Origin: an uncultured Dehalococcoidales bacterium
GTDB taxonomy: Bacteria; Chloroflexota; Dehalococcoidia; Dehalococcoidales; G020351185
Length of the DNA: 63,546 nt
NCBI GenBank assembly: GCA_964354125.1
Contig: CAYGXW010000003.1
Span: forward strand, 1 to 63,546
Reading direction: 5' to 3'
In this document: positions 1 to 8,370 of the stretch, one piece after another
Layout of the letters: each line of letters begins with the position of its first letter
Position numbering within the stretch: position 1 is the stretch's first letter
Notes under the pieces: model-generated
Database searches by the model: none
Told to the model about the DNA's origin: nothing
Seen by the model: only the letters and a program-made list of their open reading frames with translations
Translations under genes and position numbers: made by a program

Positions 1-184
1 TTTTAGCCATGATAGTAATGCCTTTTTCTCGCTCCAAAACACCCTGGTCCATTATCAACTCGCCTACTTGCTGGTTATCCCGGAATGTCTTGCTTTGCTT
101 AAGCATGGCATCTACTAGGGTAGTCTTACCATGGTCAACGTGGGCGATAATAGCTATATTTCTTATGTCACTGCGATAATTCAT
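1..184 (-). CDS. typA: TypA/BipA translational GTPase, N-terminal fragment (runs off the left edge)
   Basis: Hand translation from the ATG at 184-182 gives [34 protein letters not shown]...EREKGITI. The G1 motif AHVDHGKTT and the surrounding sequence are typical of TypA/BipA. A GGAGG-like SD lies upstream. Confidence 0.8.
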   Translation of the reverse strand, partial: MNYRSDIRNIAIIAHVDHGKTTLVDAMLKQSKTFRDNQQVGELIMDQGVLEREKGITIMAK

Positions 185-560
185 ATATTTAATAAAACTC
201 CTCCCCTATCCATTCTCACTGTAGTCTATCCTCGTCAGTGTTACCTTCTCGGCTTCATCGGTTTTCATATTAATCTTCACAATAGGCAATTCTATCTCTG
301 GGAAGTACAAATGGTAATTCACAGTCTTGACGAGAAGGAGTAGAAGATAAGCGTTTACTTAGCTTCGCTGCTGATAGCTACCGCTTCGAAAGCGGTGAAG
401 GTGAAAGTAGTTCCAAAGCCAACGCCTTGAATTCTCTTGTCCTGAAGGCTTGCTGGGCGGCCTTATCTTTTCGATAACTATATCTAATGTCATCCTATAC
501 CCAATTACTCCTAAATAAACCAAATGATAATACGAAATTCCGAATAGAAACTGTAGTTAC

Positions 561-589
561 AATATACTCTAAGCGGAGCTTACTGTCAA
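561..589 (-). promoter_or_regulatory. Putative sigma70-type promoter facing typA
   Basis: On the minus strand: TTGACA (589-584), 17-nt spacer, TATATT (566-561). It lies about 370 nt upstream of the typA ATG. Confidence 0.35.
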
Positions 590-795
590 AACGGTTACTG
601 ACCTCTAAGGGATGAAAGGCTGTCATAACCAAATCTCTGTCTGTTGAAGTATAAACCTATCTTTTGTCGGCCAGTTATTTAACCTTCTGACACTTTGTGT
701 CCTTCTTCTACCCTATATCTTCTAAATATGCAACAGAATTACTTTCTGTTATGTTCTGGCTTTGTGTCACTACAGTTGGTAATTTACCTAAAAAG

Positions 796-1047
796 CTAGC
801 TACGCCTTAGTTCAAATATCACTGGATTTGATGGGTCAGGACAGGCAACAGTTGTCCTAAAGGGGTCTTTCTCCCAAGGGAATGAACCACCAAATTGCAG
901 CACTTCAGCAAAGGGGAAAAGGGAATAGAAAGCCCATGAACAAAGGTTAGCAGGAGTTTGTTGCCCAATAATGAATTCATCATTAACCTTATGCCTGGCT
1001 TCGCACGTCCCCTTCTGGGATATTACCTTAGCTATTACATCAACCAT
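796..1047 (-). CDS. Small Cys-containing protein resembling the TIGR04076 family
   Basis: 83-aa ORF. The pattern GTCxxxHKVNDEFI...LCSWAFYSLFPF...LQFGGSFPW...VACPDPSNPVIFEL matches my memory of the TIGR04076 signature. Confidence 0.5.
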   Translation of the reverse strand: MVDVIAKVISQKGTCEARHKVNDEFIIGQQTPANLCSWAFYSLFPFAEVLQFGGSFPWEKDPFRTTVACPDPSNPVIFELRRS

Positions 1048-1117
1048 TTCGTCCTCCTATTTATCGCTGCCCATTAAGCTGGCAACTCACGCTCTTAACA
1101 GCAAAAAAATCCCTGAG

Positions 1118-1375
1118 CTATCTGCCATATTTTAGTTTGGCATATAACATACCGCAGCCAAGAGCCAATGTTATGGAGTTCCATATAATGACCGAGAGTA
1201 AACTCAAAGAGATTCCATATGATAACCAAAAAGCAATACCAAGAACAAACAAAGAGGTGAAGGTTAAGCTTATCTCATGGGCACTCTTGAGTTTAAATAG
1301 ACGCCATACCTGTGGTATAAATCCACCTGTTGTTAAGATACCACCCATAAACCCTAAAAGCTCTTTCCAATCCAA
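1118..1375 (-). CDS. SemiSWEET / PQ-loop small sugar-transporter-like membrane protein
   Basis: 85 aa with three predicted TM helices and a PQ motif (GGFIPQVWRLFK). Confidence 0.7.
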   Translation of the reverse strand: MDWKELLGFMGGILTTGGFIPQVWRLFKLKSAHEISLTFTSLFVLGIAFWLSYGISLSLLSVIIWNSITLALGCGMLYAKLKYGR

Positions 1376-1516
1376 CTGTGCCTCCTATGACCTGTATTTT
1401 CACTGAAAAGCGTGATATTCTTTCTTCTAAAATTATTTGCTAATAAATATGGAACTTATTGAAGATGCACAAAGTAACTGAATATGCAAAACTGTAAAAC
1501 AACCGTTTACGTCCGA

Positions 1517-2281
1517 TTACAGTACTCCAAGCAATTCCTTATAAAATCTTGAAGGATTATCAGTCATCATTCCATGCCCGGCATTTGGAATCATTAATTT
1601 TGGAACTGAAGTCAGTCGCCTAATCACCGGTGCACCTGCGTTTAGTTCACCGAAAACATAACACTTACGTACATCCAGTTCAAGGAACAACTCGAGCAAC
1701 CTTCCGCTGTCAGACCATTCTACTAGAGACTCTGAGCTTCTGTAGAAAGCATATGGGTCACTCTTAGAAAGACAACCGATGAACAGCACATCTTCACCTT
1801 CAGAGATATTTGATTTTAGGTGCTGAAACCCTTCTTTTTGGAAATCTTCCAGTGAATACCTAATAGCTGCTCTACTCCCGGTGCAATCTTCACCAATCAA
1901 GTTTCCTTCTAGACAAATAAATGATTCTACTATAGGCCTAATCTCACGGGCTAAAAGCAATCCGATTGCTCCTCCCATACTATGGCCAACGATATGAACC
2001 CTACTTAGATTCAATTCCTGAATGAGTAGGTTAGTAATGGCAGCTTGATCTTCCATGCTATAACTGAACCCATGAGGTTTATCAGAATCTCCAAAACCTG
2101 GCAGGTCAAAGGCGAGTATAGTATACTGCTGATATCCAGGGAAGCCCCAGACATCTCGGAAACAATCCTTGCAAACGCCTAGACCATGTATGAATACAAT
2201 TGAGTCCTTACTAACCTTCTGCAAATCATAAGATATACCTAGTGGAGTACCCTCATATACCAGATTAATTTTATTTGCCAT
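1517..2281 (-). CDS. Alpha/beta-fold hydrolase
   Basis: 254 aa with HG oxyanion region (FIHGLG), nucleophile elbow GHSMGG, and C-terminal GH (NAGHGMM). Confidence 0.8.
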   Translation of the reverse strand: MANKINLVYEGTPLGISYDLQKVSKDSIVFIHGLGVCKDCFRDVWGFPGYQQYTILAFDLPGFGDSDKPHGFSYSMEDQAAITNLLIQELNLSRVHIVGHSMGGAIGLLLAREIRPIVESFICLEGNLIGEDCTGSRAAIRYSLEDFQKEGFQHLKSNISEGEDVLFIGCLSKSDPYAFYRSSESLVEWSDSGRLLELFLELDVRKCYVFGELNAGAPVIRRLTSVPKLMIPNAGHGMMTDNPSRFYKELLGVL

Positions 2282-2416
2282 GCCCCAATGATATAGGAAT
2301 TTTTAATCGTGGGCAAGCATCAGTAACCAAGATAATATGTAGATTAATGGTTTTCAATTACATATCTAACATAGCACTAGTGCTATTCACAAGATTATGT
2401 CTGGATACTGATAGAA

Positions 2417-3112
2417 TTATTCATTTTCAAATTGATGCCACACGCTACCAATATCAAACCATAATTCACTGAAAGCATACGCTTTAACTTCATCAAAATA
2501 GACCAAGTACTTGATAAAATCACCAAGATGGTCTTTTTGCCCACAGTTACAATACTCATGTAGAATAGGAATTACGCGTGAAGGGAATATATAGCAAGCC
2601 GTTGCTATAATACTGGATTCGGGTTCTTCAGGTTTTTCTACTAGCTCAACGACCTTATTGCCACTCAACTTAACGGTACCAAACTGCCGGGCTGATTCCC
2701 TATCAGCAATGTCATGTACGGCAATCAGGGTGTGTTTTCCATCGAAACTAGATAAAAATTCTTTTATATCGAATTCAAAGTAGTTATCACTAGCAAAAAC
2801 AATCAAATTATCATTTATAGTATTTTCATTGATCCAGTACTCCAGTGAACCGACCGCTCCGAAGCTTTGCTCTTCGTATATAACTGGCTCAATAAATAAG
2901 GATATATTCCTATGCAAGGTTTTTCGCCAGTTCCTATACTGTGATTCAAATTTTTTATTAGTATTAACATATATTTCTATTTCTTCAGGTATTTTTTCTA
3001 TTATATAATTGATTACAGGCTTACCTTTATAAGGAAGTAATCCTTTAGATGTGCTTTCTGTTACTGGATATAACCTAGTACCGAATCCACTAGCAAGTAT
3101 AAGACATTTCAT
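2417..3112 (-). CDS. Sugar-1-phosphate nucleotidyltransferase (RmlA/GalU-like fold)
   Basis: N-terminal signature ILASGFGTRLYPVT..SKGLLP. 231 aa. Confidence 0.75.
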   Translation of the reverse strand: MKCLILASGFGTRLYPVTESTSKGLLPYKGKPVINYIIEKIPEEIEIYVNTNKKFESQYRNWRKTLHRNISLFIEPVIYEEQSFGAVGSLEYWINENTINDNLIVFASDNYFEFDIKEFLSSFDGKHTLIAVHDIADRESARQFGTVKLSGNKVVELVEKPEEPESSIIATACYIFPSRVIPILHEYCNCGQKDHLGDFIKYLVYFDEVKAYAFSELWFDIGSVWHQFENE

Positions 3113-3372
3113 TTTTAAGGCACTAATTGAACTAAATCAGAAGAGTAAACTTCTTTGTAATCGCTTTGGTCTACTGATATTATAGCAGATTATAATTTTT
3201 CGAAATTATACACTATTAAAAAGGTCGTAATTAATAAAGTGGACATATCGATAATAGTGCGAACCAGTATTGGTAGGTGGAGTGGGTATTAAATTATGGC
3301 CTAATTATTTGATTATTCCAAAGATAATAGAACCACTGGTCTTACTATACCAACTAACAAAGTCGGAAGGTT

Positions 3373-3927
3373 TTAGCTCTGAATATTTACATCAATCCAG
3401 AGATAGAGTTGTTCTTCGAAATAGGGTGTTCCGTCTTTATACAGCACAAACTCTACCTTCTGGTTATTGCCGACATTTTCGGGAGTGAACCCTATTTCCT
3501 GCTCCCATTTCTCTTCATGGGCTAATTTTATCGGTCCCAGTTCATCCGGTGCATCGCCATTAGAATATATTGTTGACTGTTTTCCATCTATCAGCACTCT
3601 GACTGAATAGTCTGCTTCCTCATGTTCGCGGTTTACTATGCCTACTATCACTCTCCCGGTATCTGTTTCCTGGGTTTCACAATCACCATAACTAACAAGA
3701 ATTACCTTATCACCGGCCATGATAAACTCGGTAGGGTAGTCATTGGCTTTACCATTGTGTCCTAATATATAGAATTCAGTAAACCCTTCACCTGCCTTTG
3801 GCGATGCCAGAATATAGCCTATCATCCCTAGCGCCCCCAAGACAGCCAGCACCAGAAGGGCGGAGAGTATTTTATTAAAGACATTCACAATATTGAGACA
3901 ATACCATAGATGTGATTGGGTTGACAA
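3373..3927 (-). CDS. Single-pass membrane protein resembling the C-terminal half of archaeal DUF1616 proteins
   Basis: One TM helix (ILSALLVLAVLGALGMIGYIL) followed by GFTEFYILGHNGKANDYP. I recognise that motif as the start of the DUF1616 extracytoplasmic domain. The usual N-terminal multi-TM part is absent. Confidence 0.5.
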   Translation of the reverse strand: MSTQSHLWYCLNIVNVFNKILSALLVLAVLGALGMIGYILASPKAGEGFTEFYILGHNGKANDYPTEFIMAGDKVILVSYGDCETQETDTGRVIVGIVNREHEEADYSVRVLIDGKQSTIYSNGDAPDELGPIKLAHEEKWEQEIGFTPENVGNNQKVEFVLYKDGTPYFEEQLYLWIDVNIQS

Positions 3928-4072
3928 CGTTTTATTTATAATAAAGTGTCCTAGCCTTGACCTAAGTTATTAGATGAGGTAGCATATGCTACTGTAATGG
4001 CAATTTGTTGTTTCAGTAGCCCTCTTTTATAGTATTAAATACAAGACTAGTGGCATTTTTTTAAGCATAGTG

Positions 4073-4101
4073 TTGACAAATGTCATTATAGGTGCTATTA
4101 T
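4073..4101 (+). promoter_or_regulatory. Near-consensus sigma70-type promoter of the plus-strand glycan operon
   Basis: TTGACA (4073-4078), 17-nt spacer, TGc-TATTAT (4093-4101). It lies 50 nt before the GTG start at 4151, which is preceded by GGAGG (4141-4145). Confidence 0.55.
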
Positions 4102-4150
4102 GGGTAACACTTTGGGTAAGGTAGAGGTAATCATGGGTTAGGAGGTTAAG

Positions 4151-4339
4151 GTGGAAGGGCTCCAGCAAAAAGTAAAGGCATTAAGAGAGAAAATGGGCTG
4201 GGTACAGGAAGACTTGGCACGAGAAATCAATGTCAGCTTGTCCACAGTGCAGCGCTGGGAGAGCAAGGGAGCAAAGCCGACCCGTCTGGCACGCATGGAG
4301 CTTAAGAGGCTATTCAAGGAAGCTGGTATTGATGACTGA
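4151..4339 (+). CDS. Small XRE-family helix-turn-helix transcriptional regulator
   Basis: 62 aa. The HTH core is WVQEDLAREINVSLSTVQRWESKG. GTG start with a GGAGG SD. It is the first gene of the operon. Confidence 0.7.
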   Translation: MEGLQQKVKALREKMGWVQEDLAREINVSLSTVQRWESKGAKPTRLARMELKRLFKEAGIDD

Positions 4340-4446
4340 GGCACTTGATAGTAATCGCTCAACCTTTGTTAGGGGTTTAAGCTAAGATTTTGTACAATTC
4401 AGTAAAGTCGGTAGAATGGGCAGCAGGTAGCTATAGTAAGGGAAAT

Positions 4447-5538
4447 ATGATACCAATTGCGTCGCCGGTTCTGGATGAAGCAGCTATTAGGGCTGTTGCG
4501 GACGTATTAAGGTCCGGGTTACTGGCTCAGGGTTCAAAAGTCGCCGAATTTGAAAATGACTTTGCCTCTTATATCGGTACCAAGTATGCCGTTGCCACCA
4601 GTAGCGGAACCACCGCTCTGCATACCGCCCTTCTGGCTTCAGGCATAGGTCAGGGTGATGAGGTTATTACCACTCCCTTCAGCTTTATATCTTCGGCGAA
4701 TGCTATTCTTTTCTGCGGGGCAAAGCCGGTTTTTGTTGACATTGATGCGGATACTTTTAATATTAAGCCGAGCTTGATACAGGATAAAGTAACCCCGACG
4801 CGATCAAAAGCTATGCTGGTGGTACATCTCTACGGTCAGCCATGTGATATGACACAGATTGCCAGGATATGTCATGAAAATGACCTGACCTTGATTGAGG
4901 ATGCCTGCCAGGCACATGGAGCTGAGTATGCTAGTAATAAGGTTGGCTCTTTTGGTGTTGGCTGCTTTTCCTTTTATCCGACTAAGAATATCACCACTGG
5001 TGAGGGTGGCATGATAACCACTGATGATGAGTATATTGCTAAAAAAGCCAGAATGATTCGTAATCACGGTCAGAGGGAAAGGTATCACCACCAGACTTTA
5101 GGCTATAACTATCGCATGACCGAGCTAGCGGCTGCGCTCGGCGTCTGTCAGTTAAAAAAGCTTGATGAATTTAATCAAAAGAGGATTGAAAATGCCGCCT
5201 TTCTAGTCAGCAGAATCGGCAAAATCAGGGGGCTGGTGCCACCTTTTGTCGCCCCTGATGTAAAGCATGTCTTCCACCAGTTTACCATCAGGGTAACCCC
5301 TGATTTTCCGTTGTCAAGAGACGACCTGCAGGCGAGGCTAAAGAGCAGAGGAATCGGCACCGAGGTTTATTACCCCCTGCCCATCCACAAGCAACCCTAT
5401 TATCAGCAATTAGGCTACGGTGATGAGTATCTGCCGGAATCCGAGAAAGCGGCTAGGGAGGTGCTTTCTCTACCGGTACATCCCGGCTTGACGGCAGAGG
5501 ACTTAAAGAAAATTGTGCAGGCGTTGGAAGATGTCTGA
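4447..5538 (+). CDS. DegT/DnrJ/EryC1/StrS-family PLP aminotransferase (WbpE-like position)
   Basis: The [11 protein letters not shown] start is typical of the family, and the PLP-lysine motif is [13 protein letters not shown]. The ORF track opens at 4390, but the ATG at 4447 is the likely start. Confidence 0.85.
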   Translation: MIPIASPVLDEAAIRAVADVLRSGLLAQGSKVAEFENDFASYIGTKYAVATSSGTTALHTALLASGIGQGDEVITTPFSFISSANAILFCGAKPVFVDIDADTFNIKPSLIQDKVTPTRSKAMLVVHLYGQPCDMTQIARICHENDLTLIEDACQAHGAEYASNKVGSFGVGCFSFYPTKNITTGEGGMITTDDEYIAKKARMIRNHGQRERYHHQTLGYNYRMTELAAALGVCQLKKLDEFNQKRIENAAFLVSRIGKIRGLVPPFVAPDVKHVFHQFTIRVTPDFPLSRDDLQARLKSRGIGTEVYYPLPIHKQPYYQQLGYGDEYLPESEKAAREVLSLPVHPGLTAEDLKKIVQALEDV

Positions 5539-6097
5539 GAATATAGTTATTCGCGGCAAGGTCAGTCTGGGTAGTGGTACTCTGGTAGAAGACAATGTCG
5601 TCCTGGGTAACCGGGAGGATGGCCTGGTTACCATAGGTGCCCATTCAATTATTCGTTCTGGAAGTGTAATATACTCCGCTGTGAAAACAGGAAATAATTT
5701 CAAGAGCGGTCACCATGTTCTTATCAGGGAGAACACCGAGATAGGCAACGATGTGCTGGTTGGGACAAATGCAGTGATTGATGGTAATTGCCGGATTGGT
5801 AATAACGTCAGCATACAGACGGGTGCCTATATTACTGCCCACACTATTATTGAGGATGATGTTTTTCTGGGTCCCTGTTCGGTGACTACAAATGATAAAC
5901 AAATGATGGTTGGGGCTGAGCTCAAGGGACCGATAATAAAAAAGGGGGCTAGAATAGGGGCTAATTCAACCCTGCTACCCGGTATTGTGGTTGGGGAGAG
6001 AGCTATAGTGGCTGCCGGTGCCGTGGTGACCAGGGATGTGGCGGCGGGCACAACTGTGGCTGGAGTCCCAGCCAGAGAGGTGAGCCGAAAAGGATAG
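5531..6097 (+). CDS. Left-handed beta-helix (hexapeptide) N-acetyltransferase (WbpD-like position)
   Basis: Hexapeptide repeats run throughout ([25 protein letters not shown]...). The ATG at 5531 overlaps the upstream stop (ATGTCTGA). Confidence 0.8.
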   Translation: MSENIVIRGKVSLGSGTLVEDNVVLGNREDGLVTIGAHSIIRSGSVIYSAVKTGNNFKSGHHVLIRENTEIGNDVLVGTNAVIDGNCRIGNNVSIQTGAYITAHTIIEDDVFLGPCSVTTNDKQMMVGAELKGPIIKKGARIGANSTLLPGIVVGERAIVAAGAVVTRDVAAGTTVAGVPAREVSRKG

Positions 6098-6105
6098 GAA
6101 CTGGC

Positions 6106-7431
6106 GTGCTTTATTTTTTAACGGAAAGGGAAATTGAAAAAAGGATAAAAAGCCGAAAGGTAAAGATAGGCTTCATTGGCTTGGGTAGGGTGGGCTTACC
6201 CCTGGCGGCTACCCTTGCCGATAAAGGTTTTAGGGTACTGGGGGTGGATGTTAAAAAAGATGTCGTATCAAAGATAAACCTCGGCAAGTCCCCCTTCCCT
6301 GAAGAGGCTGGTCTGGCAGAGCTGTTAAAGAGGGTTATTTCCGGGGGTGCGCTCAAAGCCACTACTGAAATAGCGAAAATGAAAGAGTGCCAGCTGATAA
6401 TTATCGCCGTCCCCACGCTGATAAGGGGGGATGAGCCCGATATTGATGCTATCAGGGCAGTAGCTGCTGAACTGGCTGAAAAACTTTCTCCGGGCACTGT
6501 AGTTATTCTGGAAAGTACGGTTCCTCCCGGCACCACTCAGGATGTTCTGGGGAGGGGTATAGAGGAGAGGGTAGGTTTTAAGCCAGGGAATGACTTCGGG
6601 CTTGTCTACTCCCCGGAGAGAACTCAGGCTCCACAGATACTTAAAGACCTGAAAACCTATCCCAAGATAGTAGGCGGTATAGACGAGAAGAGTACTTTTG
6701 TTGCCTCCAGGGTATATTCAACCTTTGCCCCCAGCGTCATCAAGATGAGCAGCCTGATGGCAGCCGAGATGGACAAGGTGGTTGAAAACACTTATCGGGA
6801 TGTAAATATAGCCTTTGCCAACGAGCTGGCGCGGCTTTGCCAGGTTTATGGTGTTGATGTCTATGAAATAATTGCGGCGGCTAATTCCCAGCCCTATAGC
6901 CATATCCTGAACCCGGGGTTGGTGGGGGGTCACTGCATTCCTATGGATCCCTATTACATTATCAGCGATGCCACCCAGAAAGGGGTTACGCCAAAGCTAA
7001 TTAAGACGGCACGGGATATAAATGAGTCCGTATTCCAGGATGTAGTTAGTATGATAGATGAAGGTGTAAGCAGGGTAACAGTGCTGGGGCTGAGCTTCAA
7101 GCAGGATGTGAAGTCATTTGAAACGTCGCATACACTGAAGCTAGTTCAGCTATTGCAAGAAAAGGGCTATGATGTTACTGTTCATGACCCGTTTCTGGAT
7201 GATACCAGATTCCCCTTCAAGACTGAGCCTGACCTCTACCGAGCCCTGGAGGGTTCCGGGTGTCTTATATTATCTACGGCACACTCATTATATGGCGATA
7301 TAGATTTTAATAGAGTCAAACAGGTAATGAAGGGGGACTTGATTATAGATATCAGAGGCATGTTTGACCCGCAGGAAATTTTGGCCAGTGGTTTACGCTA
7401 TAAAGGTCTAGGGAGGATTTTCGGTGATTAG
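6106..7431 (+). CDS. UDP-N-acetyl-hexosamine 6-dehydrogenase (nucleotide-sugar dehydrogenase, WbpA/WecC-like)
   Basis: Rossmann motif IGFIGLGRVGLPLA and catalytic Cys motif GGHCIPMDP. 441 aa. Confidence 0.85.
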   Translation: MLYFLTEREIEKRIKSRKVKIGFIGLGRVGLPLAATLADKGFRVLGVDVKKDVVSKINLGKSPFPEEAGLAELLKRVISGGALKATTEIAKMKECQLIIIAVPTLIRGDEPDIDAIRAVAAELAEKLSPGTVVILESTVPPGTTQDVLGRGIEERVGFKPGNDFGLVYSPERTQAPQILKDLKTYPKIVGGIDEKSTFVASRVYSTFAPSVIKMSSLMAAEMDKVVENTYRDVNIAFANELARLCQVYGVDVYEIIAAANSQPYSHILNPGLVGGHCIPMDPYYIISDATQKGVTPKLIKTARDINESVFQDVVSMIDEGVSRVTVLGLSFKQDVKSFETSHTLKLVQLLQEKGYDVTVHDPFLDDTRFPFKTEPDLYRALEGSGCLILSTAHSLYGDIDFNRVKQVMKGDLIIDIRGMFDPQEILASGLRYKGLGRIFGD

Positions 7432-8332
7432 GGTGGGGGTTGTCGGTTTGGGTATGATAGGGCAGCACCACGCCCGGGTCTATTCCCAGATAGGGTGTAA
7501 GCTGGTTGGTGTGGTTGATGCTGACCCGGAAAAGGCCAGGGCAATGGGCGAAAGATATGGCACAAGATACTACTCCGATTATACCAACCTGATACCGCAG
7601 GTTGATGCCGTTAGCATTGCCGTTCCCACCACATTGCATCGTCAAATCGTTCTGGATTTCATCAGTCGCGGGGTTCACTGCCTGGTAGAGAAGCCCATCG
7701 CCTCCAACCTGGAAGAGGCCAGAGAAATGATACAGTCAGCAGAAGAAAAAGGTATCAAGCTAATGGTGGGGCATATTGAGCGGTTTAATCCGGCAGTGCT
7801 GAGACTGAAGGAGATAATAGATGAGGGCAGGCTGGGCAAGCTGATGATAATCTCAACCAGAAGGGTAGGCCCCTTTGCCTCTAGGATAAGAGATGTTGGC
7901 ATTATAGTTGATACCGCCACCCACGATATTGATGTCGCCCGCTATCTGGTAGGCAAGGAACCCCTGAATGTCTTTGCCAAAGCCGGCAGGTTCAAGCACC
8001 AGAAGGAAGACCACGCTATCGTTGTCTTGGATTTCGGGGATACGACTGCCTGTATTGAGGTTAACTGGTTTACCCCGCATAAAGTAAGAAGCTTGGTAGC
8101 CACCGGCAGTGAAGGCATTGCCTACCTTGACTATATTGAACAGGAAGTTGTGCTGCATAATTCTCAGGGCATTGAGATGGTGAAGATAGAGAAGGCGGAA
8201 CCATTGAGGCTGGAGCTGGAACACTTCCTGAGATGCGTAGCCAATGACGAGAAGCCTATGATAGATGGTTATGAAGGGCTGAACGTTTTGAAGATAGCAC
8301 TGGAAGCCAGCCTGTCAACTATGCAAGCATAG
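7424..8332 (+). CDS. Gfo/Idh/MocA-family oxidoreductase (WbpB-like position)
   Basis: N-terminal IRVGVVGLGMIGQHHARVY and an EKP motif (CLVEKPIA). Overlaps the upstream gene by 8 nt. Confidence 0.8.
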   Translation: MIRVGVVGLGMIGQHHARVYSQIGCKLVGVVDADPEKARAMGERYGTRYYSDYTNLIPQVDAVSIAVPTTLHRQIVLDFISRGVHCLVEKPIASNLEEAREMIQSAEEKGIKLMVGHIERFNPAVLRLKEIIDEGRLGKLMIISTRRVGPFASRIRDVGIIVDTATHDIDVARYLVGKEPLNVFAKAGRFKHQKEDHAIVVLDFGDTTACIEVNWFTPHKVRSLVATGSEGIAYLDYIEQEVVLHNSQGIEMVKIEKAEPLRLELEHFLRCVANDEKPMIDGYEGLNVLKIALEASLSTMQA

Positions 8333-8370
8333 ATTTATTGCTTATAAAACTTTTATAGTAAGGGCATAAA

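Noticed and set aside
131-343. 70-aa plus-strand ORF from the six-frame track
   Set aside because: It overlaps the start and SD of the well-supported minus-strand typA gene, has no recognisable motif and has an odd composition. It is most likely a shadow ORF.
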